The position numbers were made by a program, and so were the translations under genes. From a virus (taxonomy: Duplodnaviria; Caudoviricetes): DNA of 37,129 nt. Location: positions 1 to 37,129 of IMG/VR virus record IMGVR_UViG_3300037420_001045. One strand, given 5' to 3'. The first letter of the stretch is position 1, and every line of letters starts with the position of its first letter. This document shows, one piece after another, positions 26,508-34,699 of the stretch. The notes below the pieces were generated by a model that was not told where the DNA came from, did no database searches, and was given only the letters and a program-made list of their open reading frames with translations.

Positions 26508-26578
26508 AGGCGCGGGCTGGATTCGGGCCAGCATCTCCGGGGTCAAAGCCCGGCATCCTGCCGTTAGACGACCGCGCC
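26508..26578 (-). tRNA. tRNA-Gln(UUG)-like element with non-canonical T-loop
   Basis: Acceptor GGCGCGG/CCGCGCC; D arm GTCT..GGAT; anticodon arm CCGGG-CTTTGAC-CCCGG; T arm GCTGG-CCCGAAT-CCAGC. Confidence 0.8.
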
Positions 26579-26794
26579 ATACTGCCGGGAATTCTCGCCG
26601 CCCGGCTCGGCGTACTCCCATAGGCTCAGTGCGTTTGCGCTCCACGAAGCGTCGGCTTGTGTCTTGTGACTGGCCCCGCCGTGGAGCCTCCATAGTTCGG
26701 TGGCATACCGTCTCTCCATTGTTCGGGTTGCACTTCGCCCACCACAGCGCCGCAAGCACCACCAGCCATGCGGCGACTGCGGCTGGATCGAGTC

Positions 26795-27169
26795 TCATTG
26801 GTTGGCGTCCTCGGTCACAAGCGGTTCTAGATACGAGCGGATGTCTGCAGGCATGTACGGCCACGACTCGAGTAGTTCCTGCGCCAGCTCCACCCGCCCC
26901 TGCTGCTGGCCCATGCGGAGGGCTTCGGATGACTTGCCAGACATCATTTGTGCCGCGCGGGTGGCGATGGAACACTTCTCGCGCAGCGCCTCCATCTCCT
27001 TCCGGGCCTCGGAGATGAGATCCATGGCTTCGCGGTACCAGCGCTCCTCAAATGCGCGCTCCGAACCCCCGAACCCGCTGGGTGGCCGGTCGCGAGACGC
27101 GCTCGCCGCATGCCGCTCCAGCCTCGTCAGTGCGTCGGGTTGCTGCTCCTGCATCTCGGTCGTGGTCAT
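26795..27169 (-). CDS. Hypothetical helical protein
   Basis: ATGA coupling; coiled-coil character. Confidence 0.65.
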   Translation of the reverse strand: MTTTEMQEQQPDALTRLERHAASASRDRPPSGFGGSERAFEERWYREAMDLISEARKEMEALREKCSIATRAAQMMSGKSSEALRMGQQQGRVELAQELLESWPYMPADIRSYLEPLVTEDANQ

Positions 27170-27357
27170 CGCTCGCCTCGGTTCTTGGCACAGTCGGCGC
27201 ACATGCAGCGCTTGCCGGTGATCTGGGCCGTGGCGTGCCAAACGGCCTCCCCGGTCGTCGCGAGTTCATCTCCCTCGTTACCGCGCGGCACCGAAACGTG
27301 CCCATACACCAGCGCCGTCACCCGCTTCACCGCCATCTGCGTATCGTTCGTGGTCAT
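27166..27357 (-). CDS. Small protein with C-terminal CxCxxC
   Basis: AGGAGG RBS; CMCADC. Confidence 0.65.
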   Translation of the reverse strand: MTTNDTQMAVKRVTALVYGHVSVPRGNEGDELATTGEAVWHATAQITGKRCMCADCAKNRGER

Positions 27358-27389
27358 GGTTCCTCCTGCGGCATCGCCGCGTTGATGGA

Positions 27390-27566
27390 CTACAGCGAGG
27401 TCTTCTCGGCGTCGAGACACAGCACCGTGACTGGTCGCGTGTCGAACTCGGTACCGTCGATGCCGAGATTGACCCAGTAGCCACGATGGTTGATGGCCAA
27501 GATATCGAGGCCGCTGTTCAGGTCCAGCATCTGGAACGTCGGGCGCTTGTTGTAGGTAGCGGGCAT
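27390..27566 (-). CDS. Hypothetical protein
   Basis: GGAG RBS; first gene after the operator-bearing promoter at ~27600. Confidence 0.6.
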   Translation of the reverse strand: MPATYNKRPTFQMLDLNSGLDILAINHRGYWVNLGIDGTEFDTRPVTVLCLDAEKTSL

Positions 27567-27599
27567 GCGTTGCTCCGTTCGCATTGTGTTGATGGACTA

Positions 27600-27628
27600 C
27601 GTATACGCCCTGTGACGTATAGTGGCAA
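27600..27628 (-). promoter_or_regulatory. Promoter with ATACG-N8-CGTAT operator
   Basis: TTGCCA-N17-TATACG on the - strand; palindrome at 27603-27620. Confidence 0.6.
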
Positions 27629-27661
27629 GTCCTGGGCGAGAAAATCGACCGACGCTACGTG

Positions 27662-28303
27662 TCAGGCGAACAGTCGGGCCTGTTCCGGCCTTCGCACGCC
27701 TCTCCCGAGAGCGTTGGCCTCGTAGACGGCCCGTGCGAAGCTCATGGGGGTGGCGCTGCGCAGATTGGCCCTCTCTGGGCTCGGACCCATCCGGTGCATC
27801 TTGCTGCCCTCGGTGGGGCTCACGGGCTGCACGTAGGGCATCCGGAAGTCGCGCCCAACCCATAGACACGTCTTCTTGGTGTACCTGTCGCCGCCTCCAA
27901 GATACCCGCCGTAGGCGTAGGGGTTGAAGATGAAGTCCGGCTCTCGCCACTCGGTGGATATGACGGACACCGGGTTCTCCAACATCCAACAGCCCGTGAG
28001 TGCCTCCGCAATCTCCCTGCACCGGTGCACCATGCGCATGGCAGCCGCACGTCTCTCCGGCCCCTTGGACTCGAAATGCAGGGCCCCACTCACCGCCAAG
28101 TCAGTGCATGGCGGGAAGGTGAACACCACGTCGTAGGCGCCGTCTGGCTCCCACTCGAGGATGTCCGCCCCGATCCGCGTCAGCAGGCCCTCTCGCTCCA
28201 CGCCTGGCTTGTGTTGGAGGTCCACGATCGTACACTCGTGGCCGGCATCCAACCACGGGCGCACCATGTTTCCCGTCAGGTCGCAGAGCGAGAGGATGCG
28301 CAT
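27662..28303 (-). CDS. Short phage DNA cytosine-C5 methyltransferase-like protein
   Basis: ILSLCDLTG SAM motif, FPPCTDLAVSG catalytic PC, ENP, YTKKTCLW. Confidence 0.8.
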   Translation of the reverse strand: MRILSLCDLTGNMVRPWLDAGHECTIVDLQHKPGVEREGLLTRIGADILEWEPDGAYDVVFTFPPCTDLAVSGALHFESKGPERRAAAMRMVHRCREIAEALTGCWMLENPVSVISTEWREPDFIFNPYAYGGYLGGGDRYTKKTCLWVGRDFRMPYVQPVSPTEGSKMHRMGPSPERANLRSATPMSFARAVYEANALGRGVRRPEQARLFA

Positions 28304-28305
28304 GG

Positions 28306-29193
28306 TTAACCCTCGCTTCCCGGCTCGGCCAGCCGCTTCTCCTGCTCGAGGATGGCGGCCTTCTCGGCGTCGGACACGGGCTCGTTCAGTTCCGCCGTCT
28401 GCGTACTGGCCGTCTTCGCCTCCAGCGCCTTCTTGGCGTGCTCCTTGGCCCCGGCAATGCCCTTGGGCGCCTCGGTGCTGAACTCCGCCTCGACCGCCTC
28501 CTCGTGCTGCCGCTCAGCTTGCTCCGCCGCGTACAGGTCTTTGGCGCGCGTGGGCGAGAGGGGCAGTAACTTAATGAGCCGACGCACGGCGGTTTTTTTC
28601 CACATCTCCGCCTCGTCCGTCACCCACGGCCCGTCGTTGCTTCCACGGCTCCGTGCCTTGATGGCGAGCACCTCCCGCCGCAGCATGACGACGTGCGCGG
28701 TGCTGCCGTCCCGCATCCGGGCGATGGAGTACGCGGCCCTAAGATCGCCAGCGTCGCTCTCCTCGCTCGGGACGTGCCGCAGGACTGGATTCAACCCCTC
28801 CTCGTACTGCCACACGTCCTTGGCGCGCACCACCTGGGCATGGAAGGAGGCCACATCGCCGGAGCGGTAAGCGAGGTCGGCATATCCCCGGTAGCCAATG
28901 ACGAGCGTGCAGGTTGGCACACCCCTCACCTTGAACGGGATGAGGTAGGCACTACCCAACCGCCCCGACGGGCTCAGCCCCAACTGTGCGCACGTCGTGA
29001 GCGCATCCACCACGCTGACGGGGGTGCAATCGGCCAGCCCGGGGGCGCGGGCCACAGCCACGCGGACTTCCCCGAAGAACCATTCGGCCTCCATCCCCCT
29101 GGGCAGCAGCGTCTGAAACGTCTGCTTGCGCTCCAGCAGCGAGCGCATGAGGCCGTCAACCTTCTCCTTGGGCTTCTGAATTGCGGCGCTCAT
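28306..29193 (-). CDS. recT: RecT family single-strand annealing protein
   Basis: AQLGL.P...G.AYLIPF, IGYRGY.DLAYRSG, PW.TD..EM.KKT..RRL.K.LP. Confidence 0.95.
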   Translation of the reverse strand: MSAAIQKPKEKVDGLMRSLLERKQTFQTLLPRGMEAEWFFGEVRVAVARAPGLADCTPVSVVDALTTCAQLGLSPSGRLGSAYLIPFKVRGVPTCTLVIGYRGYADLAYRSGDVASFHAQVVRAKDVWQYEEGLNPVLRHVPSEESDAGDLRAAYSIARMRDGSTAHVVMLRREVLAIKARSRGSNDGPWVTDEAEMWKKTAVRRLIKLLPLSPTRAKDLYAAEQAERQHEEAVEAEFSTEAPKGIAGAKEHAKKALEAKTASTQTAELNEPVSDAEKAAILEQEKRLAEPGSEG

Positions 29194-29399
29194 GACTCCC
29201 CCAACGCCTTCTGGATCTCGGCAATGATCTGCCGCGCTTCCTCTTCATTGAGCGTCACGCCACCATCCACCGACTCCACGGCAATGTTGACGTAACCCTT
29301 GCGAATTCCGCTCGGCGCCACCCACAAGGCGTCTCTGCCGACCGGACCGACACGGGTGCCTACCTCCAACATCCTCTTGTGCTGCTCCATGTTCTTCAC
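29190..29399 (-). CDS. Hypothetical protein
   Basis: Coupled between yqaJ and recT. Confidence 0.65.
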   Translation of the reverse strand: MKNMEQHKRMLEVGTRVGPVGRDALWVAPSGIRKGYVNIAVESVDGGVTLNEEEARQIIAEIQKALGES

Positions 29400-30391
29400 G
29401 TCTCCTCCATCTGACGCACGACCAATGGCCGCGCGCCTTCCTTCGTAGTGGTGTTTGCCTTGATGATTTCCTTGTACTGCTCGGGGCTGACATACGCTGG
29501 CAGCACGTCCCGCACGATGCGCGCCCAGTCCGTCACCTTGCTGGGCTTGTTCTGGCGCCAGTCCACACGCCCGCCTCCGAGGTCTTCGGGCAGGGTGAGA
29601 CTTGGTGTGGTGCCCAGCAACATGCGGACGCGGGCCTCTGCCTCCTTCTCCATCTCCTCGACCTTCTTGCGCTCAGCGCGGCACCGGAGCCACGTCACGA
29701 CCTCGGACTGTTGCAGTCCTTCCAGCGACTCCCACGCCTTCGCCTCGCCCTCGTGCCTCGGATAGAGCGCTCCGATGGACGGCAGTTCCACCAGCGGATC
29801 GGTCATCGGTGGCGGCCTCCTGGGCTCCACGTGGTCCACCCAGAAGCGCTCGACGGCCTGCTCGAGCATCCGGTACAGGTCCGGATCGTGCGGCACGTGG
29901 TACACATGCAAATCACCGCCCACCAATGCGGCAATATCCGCCATGGGGTCCGCCACGAGCCCTGCATCCCAGGCGATGCCACTGTAGAACACCAACTGAT
30001 ACAGCATGTACTCGGGCACCTCATCTGTCCCCGCCTCACCCCACTTCCGCACCTCAGAGAGTCCAGCCGTCTTCGCGTCCACCACGCGGAGCCCATCTCG
30101 GTCCGCCAGCGCGTCAAGGGAGGCGCGCACATACTTCATGCGGGGATGGCTCAACTTCGGCCCTGGGAGCAGTTTCGCCCCAGTCTCCTCGGCATAGAGG
30201 CTCAGTACCGCCTTCTCCAGCACCCTGCCGCGCCTCTTGGGTGCCGAGTCCTCATGCGGCATGGCCCGCCCCTCCAGCGCGGAGACGATGCGCGCATAGA
30301 GCGTGAAAGGCGTGCCCCATGGCGAACGGCCGAGCAATGCCGCTAAATCCGAGCCGCCCACCCTCGCCGCGTCTTCGAGGGAGAGAGTCAT
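29396..30391 (-). CDS. YqaJ-like viral recombinase exonuclease
   Basis: GGSDLAALLGRSPW, RG..LE, ASLD, DAKT, VP.Y..YQ; next to recT. Start ATG 30391. Confidence 0.92.
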   Translation of the reverse strand: MTLSLEDAARVGGSDLAALLGRSPWGTPFTLYARIVSALEGRAMPHEDSAPKRRGRVLEKAVLSLYAEETGAKLLPGPKLSHPRMKYVRASLDALADRDGLRVVDAKTAGLSEVRKWGEAGTDEVPEYMLYQLVFYSGIAWDAGLVADPMADIAALVGGDLHVYHVPHDPDLYRMLEQAVERFWVDHVEPRRPPPMTDPLVELPSIGALYPRHEGEAKAWESLEGLQQSEVVTWLRCRAERKKVEEMEKEAEARVRMLLGTTPSLTLPEDLGGGRVDWRQNKPSKVTDWARIVRDVLPAYVSPEQYKEIIKANTTTKEGARPLVVRQMEET

Positions 30392-30585
30392 CGCTTTTGC
30401 CCTCGCAGTGGCTTGAGCGGCACCGTGTACTTGACGCGATGCCACCACGCAGCACCGTTTCCGTCCGCGAAACGTCGCGTTACTTCGCTCGATCGCTTCT
30501 GCGCCCAACGAAAGTCGGCGTTCCACAGCCCTACGCCTCGGCGCATCACCAGCGCCACCAGATACCGCCTCTTGCCCTTGGTCAT
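30388..30585 (-). CDS. Hypothetical basic protein
   Basis: ATGA coupling on both sides. Confidence 0.55.
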   Translation of the reverse strand: MTKGKRRYLVALVMRRGVGLWNADFRWAQKRSSEVTRRFADGNGAAWWHRVKYTVPLKPLRGQKR

Positions 30586-30755
30586 TCCGCCCTCCGGATG
30601 ATGATGGCGACGCCTTCTTTGGGGCGAGCAGCAGCGACCGTCCGGATCGCGATACTCAGCGCCGTTGCCGCCTCGTCTGGGGGACCACTCATCCAGCAGC
30701 CCTTCTGGATGTCTCCCTTGCTTCCGCTGCCCACCACTTCGGTAGCGATGTTCAT
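30582..30755 (-). CDS. Hypothetical 57-aa protein (not in the ORF track)
   Basis: ATGA coupling on both sides; MNIATEVVGSGSKGDIQKG... Confidence 0.55.
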   Translation of the reverse strand: MNIATEVVGSGSKGDIQKGCWMSGPPDEAATALSIAIRTVAAARPKEGVAIIIRRAE

Positions 30756-31249
30756 CCAGTCACCTTCTCATGCGGGTCAGACTCCGGCTCCTTCATGGCG
30801 CGGATGAGCCCGCTCACGTAGTCGCTGAGCAGCACCACGCCGCCATCATCGAGCGTCACCGTGGCGTGGGTTCCGAGCGCGTCCGGCATAGCCTGCGCCA
30901 CCTTCTCCAATCCCTCGTTCCTCGCGCGCACCAGCGCCTCGCGGTGCTCCTCCAGCAGCGCGGCCCCGGGGTGGAGTCGTTCCAACGCGGCGCCGAATCG
31001 GCATGCCTTGCCGTGGTCAAGACGCCCGCCGCAAGCCCAGCAGGTCGCCCCCGGGCCACGGTCGCCTGCCGCGACTCTGACAAGGTGAACCAGCGCCGCA
31101 TTGTCCGCGAGCGCGGCGTCTCGCTCATTCTCCAGCGCGGCGATGTGGCGGCGAAGGTCTGCCTTGGCACGTTCAACGTGTTTCCGCTCACCCCACTCGA
31201 CTGTGTCGATTGCCCCCGTCACCTCCTCCTTGCTCAACAGGTCACCCAC
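30752..31249 (-). CDS. Hypothetical protein with CxxC..H..C insert
   Basis: ERDAALADNAAL...HPGAALLEEHR..LVRARNEGLEK, a pattern I recall from myxobacterial prophage proteins. Confidence 0.65.
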   Translation of the reverse strand: MGDLLSKEEVTGAIDTVEWGERKHVERAKADLRRHIAALENERDAALADNAALVHLVRVAAGDRGPGATCWACGGRLDHGKACRFGAALERLHPGAALLEEHREALVRARNEGLEKVAQAMPDALGTHATVTLDDGGVVLLSDYVSGLIRAMKEPESDPHEKVTG

Positions 31250-31466
31250 AACCCACCTCCGCTTCCTTGAGCAGGCGGCGGACTTCGGACTCGCAGTCCC
31301 GCGCGGCATCCTCGCGGAGTTCGTACCGCGCCTTCTCGCAGTCGAGCGTTCCCGGCACGGGAAGAATGGACATGCGCCACTGCCCATTTTCACTCAGCAG
31401 GTACGCCAGCTCGAATCGACCCATCCGCAACTCATGATGCTGCGTCCACCCCAGTCTCGCCGCCAT
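31242..31466 (-). CDS. Hypothetical protein
   Basis: AAGGAG RBS; tightly packed with neighbours. Confidence 0.6.
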   Translation of the reverse strand: MAARLGWTQHHELRMGRFELAYLLSENGQWRMSILPVPGTLDCEKARYELREDAARDCESEVRRLLKEAEVGCG

Positions 31467-31467
31467 G

Positions 31468-31668
31468 TCAGGGCTCCTTGATCAGGGTGTACGACTCGCG
31501 CAGCGTCGACCGCTTCATCGTGGAGCGGCGTCCATCCTCTGGGTCCACCGGAACGACATCAACGAGCGGTTGCGCCATCCACACGTACTGGACTCGAACC
31601 GTGCGCGACGTGCCACGCTTCCCGGTCGGCCCTTGCTGCCATATCTGGCCCTTCTTGATTTCCTGCAT
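31468..31668 (-). CDS. First leftward early gene, small SH3-like beta protein
   Basis: AGGAGG RBS; IKKGQIWQ...RTVRV. Confidence 0.65.
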   Translation of the reverse strand: MQEIKKGQIWQQGPTGKRGTSRTVRVQYVWMAQPLVDVVPVDPEDGRRSTMKRSTLRESYTLIKEP

Positions 31669-31687
31669 GTCCTTCCTCCTGATTCGC

Positions 31688-31727
31688 ACTATACGCCCTT
31701 GCGCGTATTCGTCAAGTGGCGTATGGT
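31688..31727. promoter_or_regulatory. Overlapping divergent promoters with two operators
   Basis: - strand TTGACG-N16-TATAGT; + strand TTGCGC-N17-TATGGT; ATACG-N8-CGTAT (31691-31708) and ATTCG-N8-CGTAT (31707-31724). Confidence 0.75.
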
Positions 31728-31733
31728 TCATCA

Positions 31734-32054
31734 ATGACCACGACCACTTGGCAGTCAACTCCCGCAGGCAAGGCGTTCCTATTGAGACATGGGCGCAAGA
31801 AGAAGATCCGCATCACATGGCTCGCCCGTGCCCGCATCCTCTCTGGCCAGTCCGTCGCTCAGGCTGCCAAGGCGTGCGGGCTCAATCCGCGCACGTGGGC
31901 GGCGTGGGAGGTCGTCGGGGCTGGCGGCAAGGAGCCCGCTGGGCCTGCTGTCGTTCGCCTGATGATGCACTTCCAGGGCCTTCTCCATATTCCGCTCAGC
32001 GGCAAGAGAACGATGCCGGTAAACCCCGCCACGCTGGAGGTGCTCGGTGAGTAG
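31734..32054 (+). CDS. XRE/Cro-like HTH regulator, probably leaderless
   Basis: LARARILSGQSVAQAAKACGLNPRTWAAWE; the ATG sits at the predicted +1. Confidence 0.78.
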   Translation: MTTTTWQSTPAGKAFLLRHGRKKKIRITWLARARILSGQSVAQAAKACGLNPRTWAAWEVVGAGGKEPAGPAVVRLMMHFQGLLHIPLSGKRTMPVNPATLEVLGE

Positions 32055-32262
32055 CGAATACCAGCGAGGGATGTTGGACGCGCTCGAACTGCTCATGAAG
32101 GAGCGTCAGAAGATGGAGGACGAACTCCGCCGCATCGAGTCCGGCCCTGCCTATGTCGCCATGAATGGCCTCACCCACTGGGGCGCGACGCTTCATCGCA
32201 ACACCGAGAAGGCCATTCTCGACGCCCTGCTGTCCACCATCCAGACGAAGGAGACGCCATGA
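32047..32262 (+). CDS. Hypothetical protein
   Basis: GGAGG RBS; overlaps neighbours. Confidence 0.65.
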   Translation: MSSEYQRGMLDALELLMKERQKMEDELRRIESGPAYVAMNGLTHWGATLHRNTEKAILDALLSTIQTKETP

Positions 32263-32519
32263 GTGCCAAGAAGCCGTGGGAGGAGACGTGGAAAGGCGCT
32301 AGCGCCTACGTCGAGGACGTCGATTCGGGCCGTCTGCGCGCGAAGATTGGCGATGGATGCGGTGAGCGCGTTGCCCTCATCTCCGCCGCCCCGGACATGG
32401 CGCGTGCACTGCTGGCGTTCATCAGCGGCCTTGACGGCTCCGAGGCTGGCGTGGACTTGGAGAATGCCCGACTTGAGGCAGAGGCCGCCCTCACCAAAGC
32501 AGGGGTGCCTCTCCCATGA
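32259..32519 (+). CDS. Hypothetical phage protein (LIxAAPD motif)
   Basis: LISAAPDMARALL...AALTKAG, a common phage early-gene pattern. Confidence 0.7.
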   Translation: MSAKKPWEETWKGASAYVEDVDSGRLRAKIGDGCGERVALISAAPDMARALLAFISGLDGSEAGVDLENARLEAEAALTKAGVPLP

Positions 32520-32635
32520 CCCTCTCCGACTTCATCTGCAAGGTTCTTGGGCACAGGCGTCCACTCCGCAAGTTCTCCTGCTGCGTCTGCCCGAGGTGCT
32601 GGTCCGTCGTTGTGCCGAAGCGGGTGCGGCCATGA
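32516..32635 (+). CDS. Tiny Cys/His protein (C..LGH...C.RC)
   Basis: ATGA coupling; MTLSDFICKVLGHRR...CPRCW. Confidence 0.5.
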   Translation: MTLSDFICKVLGHRRPLRKFSCCVCPRCWSVVVPKRVRP

Positions 32636-32814
32636 TGTGGCGGCTCAAGCGCATTGTTGCACGAGGCATAGTATGGGTGGTTCGCATTCTTCTCGGCGCG
32701 CTCATTGGCCTAGGCTTCCACAAGAACAGCGCTTGCGGCTGCTGCGGCGGTCCCATCGAAGATGACAGAGACGCTGTGTGTCATGGATGCACGCGAAAGG
32801 CCCTGCCATGGTGA
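32632..32814 (+). CDS. Small TM plus CxxC..CxxC protein
   Basis: 3' part of ORF 32263..32814; ATGA coupling. Confidence 0.5.
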   Translation: MMWRLKRIVARGIVWVVRILLGALIGLGFHKNSACGCCGGPIEDDRDAVCHGCTRKALPW

Positions 32815-32978
32815 CCGCCCGCTACCGCGAAGCACGGTGGGCCTTGCTCGGCGCCCAGGCTCGCCTTGACGTCGTCATGGCCACGTACCGTGAGCAACCC
32901 ACCGAGGCGCTCCTACTGTGGAAGGACATCTGCGAGATGCGGCGGGAGCACTACCGTCTCGAGCAGTCTTCCACTTGA
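32808..32978 (+). CDS. Hypothetical protein
   Basis: Overlaps the upstream stop; helical. Confidence 0.5.
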   Translation: MVTARYREARWALLGAQARLDVVMATYREQPTEALLLWKDICEMRREHYRLEQSST

Positions 32979-33115
32979 CTCCCCGCCCTCCGTTCGGGCA
33001 ATATGGCGCCTCCTGCTGAGCGGTGACGCCACCACTGCCCAGCCAACTTCCGTTGAAACCTTGGGACGCTTCGCGTTCCTGCCCCTCTCGGCGCTGTGGC
33101 GGTGCCGAGGGGGGC
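32975..33115 (+). promoter_or_regulatory. Candidate promoter and structured leader upstream of the replication genes
   Basis: TTGACT-N18-CAATAT; long hairpin at 33081-33115. Confidence 0.45.
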
Positions 33116-33135
33116 GAGTCGTTTCCGGGGGCTCT

Positions 33136-33345
33136 GTGGTTCACCTGAGAGACTTCAAGCGTGGCATTCCCGAAGAACGTCGCCGCACGTTCTGCGGGGC
33201 CGATGCCGCCACCTGTGCCACCGCGTGCACCAATCTTGAATGGTGGCGAGCCCATTTCGGCGTATGCCCGGCTTGTTGGCATCGCTGGTGCGTGGTGGCG
33301 GAAACCTTGGGCGACGTCGCGACTCAGAAAGACGGGCTCGTCTGA
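33136..33345 (+). CDS. Small Cys-rich protein
   Basis: VHL...TFCG...CPAC; TGATG coupling to the next gene. Confidence 0.55.
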   Translation: MVHLRDFKRGIPEERRRTFCGADAATCATACTNLEWWRAHFGVCPACWHRWCVVAETLGDVATQKDGLV

Positions 33346-33935
33346 TGCGCTGGGAAGACGAACGGTGGGTCAAGGTCTACACCCGGGACACTGCGGAGTG
33401 GCTGGCTCTCGGCTGGGAAGCGCAGGCTCTCTTCCTACTACTCCTGCGCAAGTCGGACCGAGCGGGGCTGCTCCACTCCGGCAGGGCTCGCGTGCGAGGT
33501 TTGGCCGCCCTCGCTGGCATGCCGCTAGAGGTGGTGGAGCGTGCCCTGCCCCTGCTGCTGGAGGATGGGTGTGTGCAGGAGACCGATAAGGGGTTTCTCA
33601 TACCCAACTTCATTGCCGCGCAGCGGTCGTCGCGGGGGCATGCGCGGCGATCGTTCGCGTATCGCCAGATGCGGACCGTTTACTTCATGCAGGAGCGCGG
33701 AAACGCTTCGGCTCCCATCAAGATCGGAATTACGGGCGACGTCGAGCGGCGGAAGGCCGAGATAGAGCGCGCGGAATGCTGCTCGCTTGAGGTTCTCGCA
33801 ACGCTCCATGGGACACTCAGGGAGGAGCAGCTGCTACACATCCAGTTCGCGGAGCACCGCGTGCGCGGCGAATGGTTCCAGCCCGCCCCAGTTCTTCTTT
33901 CCTATGTCGCTGCGCTCAATGGAGTGAAGCGATGA
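33345..33935 (+). CDS. Replication-initiator-like N-terminal domain fused to a T5orf172/MUG113-type GIY-YIG domain
   Basis: C-terminus VYFMQ...IKIGIT.DVERR...E..LH..F...RVRGEWF; N-terminus winged-helix-like. Confidence 0.78.
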   Translation: MRWEDERWVKVYTRDTAEWLALGWEAQALFLLLLRKSDRAGLLHSGRARVRGLAALAGMPLEVVERALPLLLEDGCVQETDKGFLIPNFIAAQRSSRGHARRSFAYRQMRTVYFMQERGNASAPIKIGITGDVERRKAEIERAECCSLEVLATLHGTLREEQLLHIQFAEHRVRGEWFQPAPVLLSYVAALNGVKR

Positions 33936-34699
33936 CCCCCGAGGAGCGAATCGCGCAATTGGAGGCGGAGGTGCGCAGCCTGCGCCTGATTGCCGAGGGT
34001 CAGGCTGCGGCGCTCAAGGCTGCCAATGAGCGACTCCAGCAGGAGGGGGACGCCGCCGCCAAGCTGGCTGCCATCCGAGAGTCTGCGCGGCTCAAGAAAC
34101 AGCACCAACGGGCACTTCGCCCGACGGGCATGGGTAGCGCTAGTTCGGCACGGGGGGTCAGCACGGATCTGGCCCCCTCTGAAGAGGCGTCCCGTGACTC
34201 TGATGCCGTCGTGTCCACGGGACAGTCCCGGGACAATGCTGGGACGACCCCTTCCCCCTTCCCTTCTTCCTTTCCCCCTTCTTCCACACCATCATCCCCC
34301 TATCCTTTATCCTTTCCCCCTTCCCCTGAAACTACCTTGTCGGAGTCGGCGGCCGACGAGGGCGAGAAGCCGTCCGACTTGCGCGCCCTGTGGAACGCCG
34401 AGGCCGATCCGCGCCTACCCCGCTGGCGAGAACTCACGCCCAAGCGCTCACAGCAGGCAGCTGCCCGCCTTCGTGAGCACCCGCTGGCAGAGTGGCGAAT
34501 CATCCTCGGCCGCATCAACGGAAGCCCATTCTGTCTCGGCCAGAATGACCGGGGATGGAAGGCGGACGTCGAATTCTTCCTTCGCCCAGACACGGCCACG
34601 AAGGTGCTCGAGGGGAAGTACGATCCGAAGCCTGGGCAAGCGCCGCCTCAGCGCAGCCTCCTGCCGAAGGCCGATGACCCAGACTGGGTGACCGTATGA
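33932..34699 (+). CDS. Phage replication initiator (lambda O-like organisation)
   Basis: Coiled coil, low-complexity linker, C-terminal SPFCLGQNDRGWKADVEFFLRP...KVLEGKY; immediately upstream of the helicase. Confidence 0.78.
   Translation: MTPEERIAQLEAEVRSLRLIAEGQAAALKAANERLQQEGDAAAKLAAIRESARLKKQHQRALRPTGMGSASSARGVSTDLAPSEEASRDSDAVVSTGQSRDNAGTTPSPFPSSFPPSSTPSSPYPLSFPPSPETTLSESAADEGEKPSDLRALWNAEADPRLPRWRELTPKRSQQAAARLREHPLAEWRIILGRINGSPFCLGQNDRGWKADVEFFLRPDTATKVLEGKYDPKPGQAPPQRSLLPKADDPDWVTV
34188..34327. other. Candidate replication origin inside the initiator gene
   Basis: Clustered GTCC(C)/GGGAC half-sites, then an ~80-nt strongly pyrimidine-skewed tract. Confidence 0.55.

Noticed and set aside
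26508-26578. tRNA-like element as attP
   Set aside because: No integrase was recognised, and the T-arm/3' end, where att cores usually match the host, is the diverged part.
25215-26975. 586-aa ORF taken as one protein
   Set aside because: Its 5' part overlaps gene 26795..27169 and the tRNA-like element; a strong RBS supports a start at 26492.
32975-33135. C4/P4-type antisense immunity RNA
   Set aside because: A promoter and hairpin are present, but I could not find the characteristic target/antisense repeat pair.
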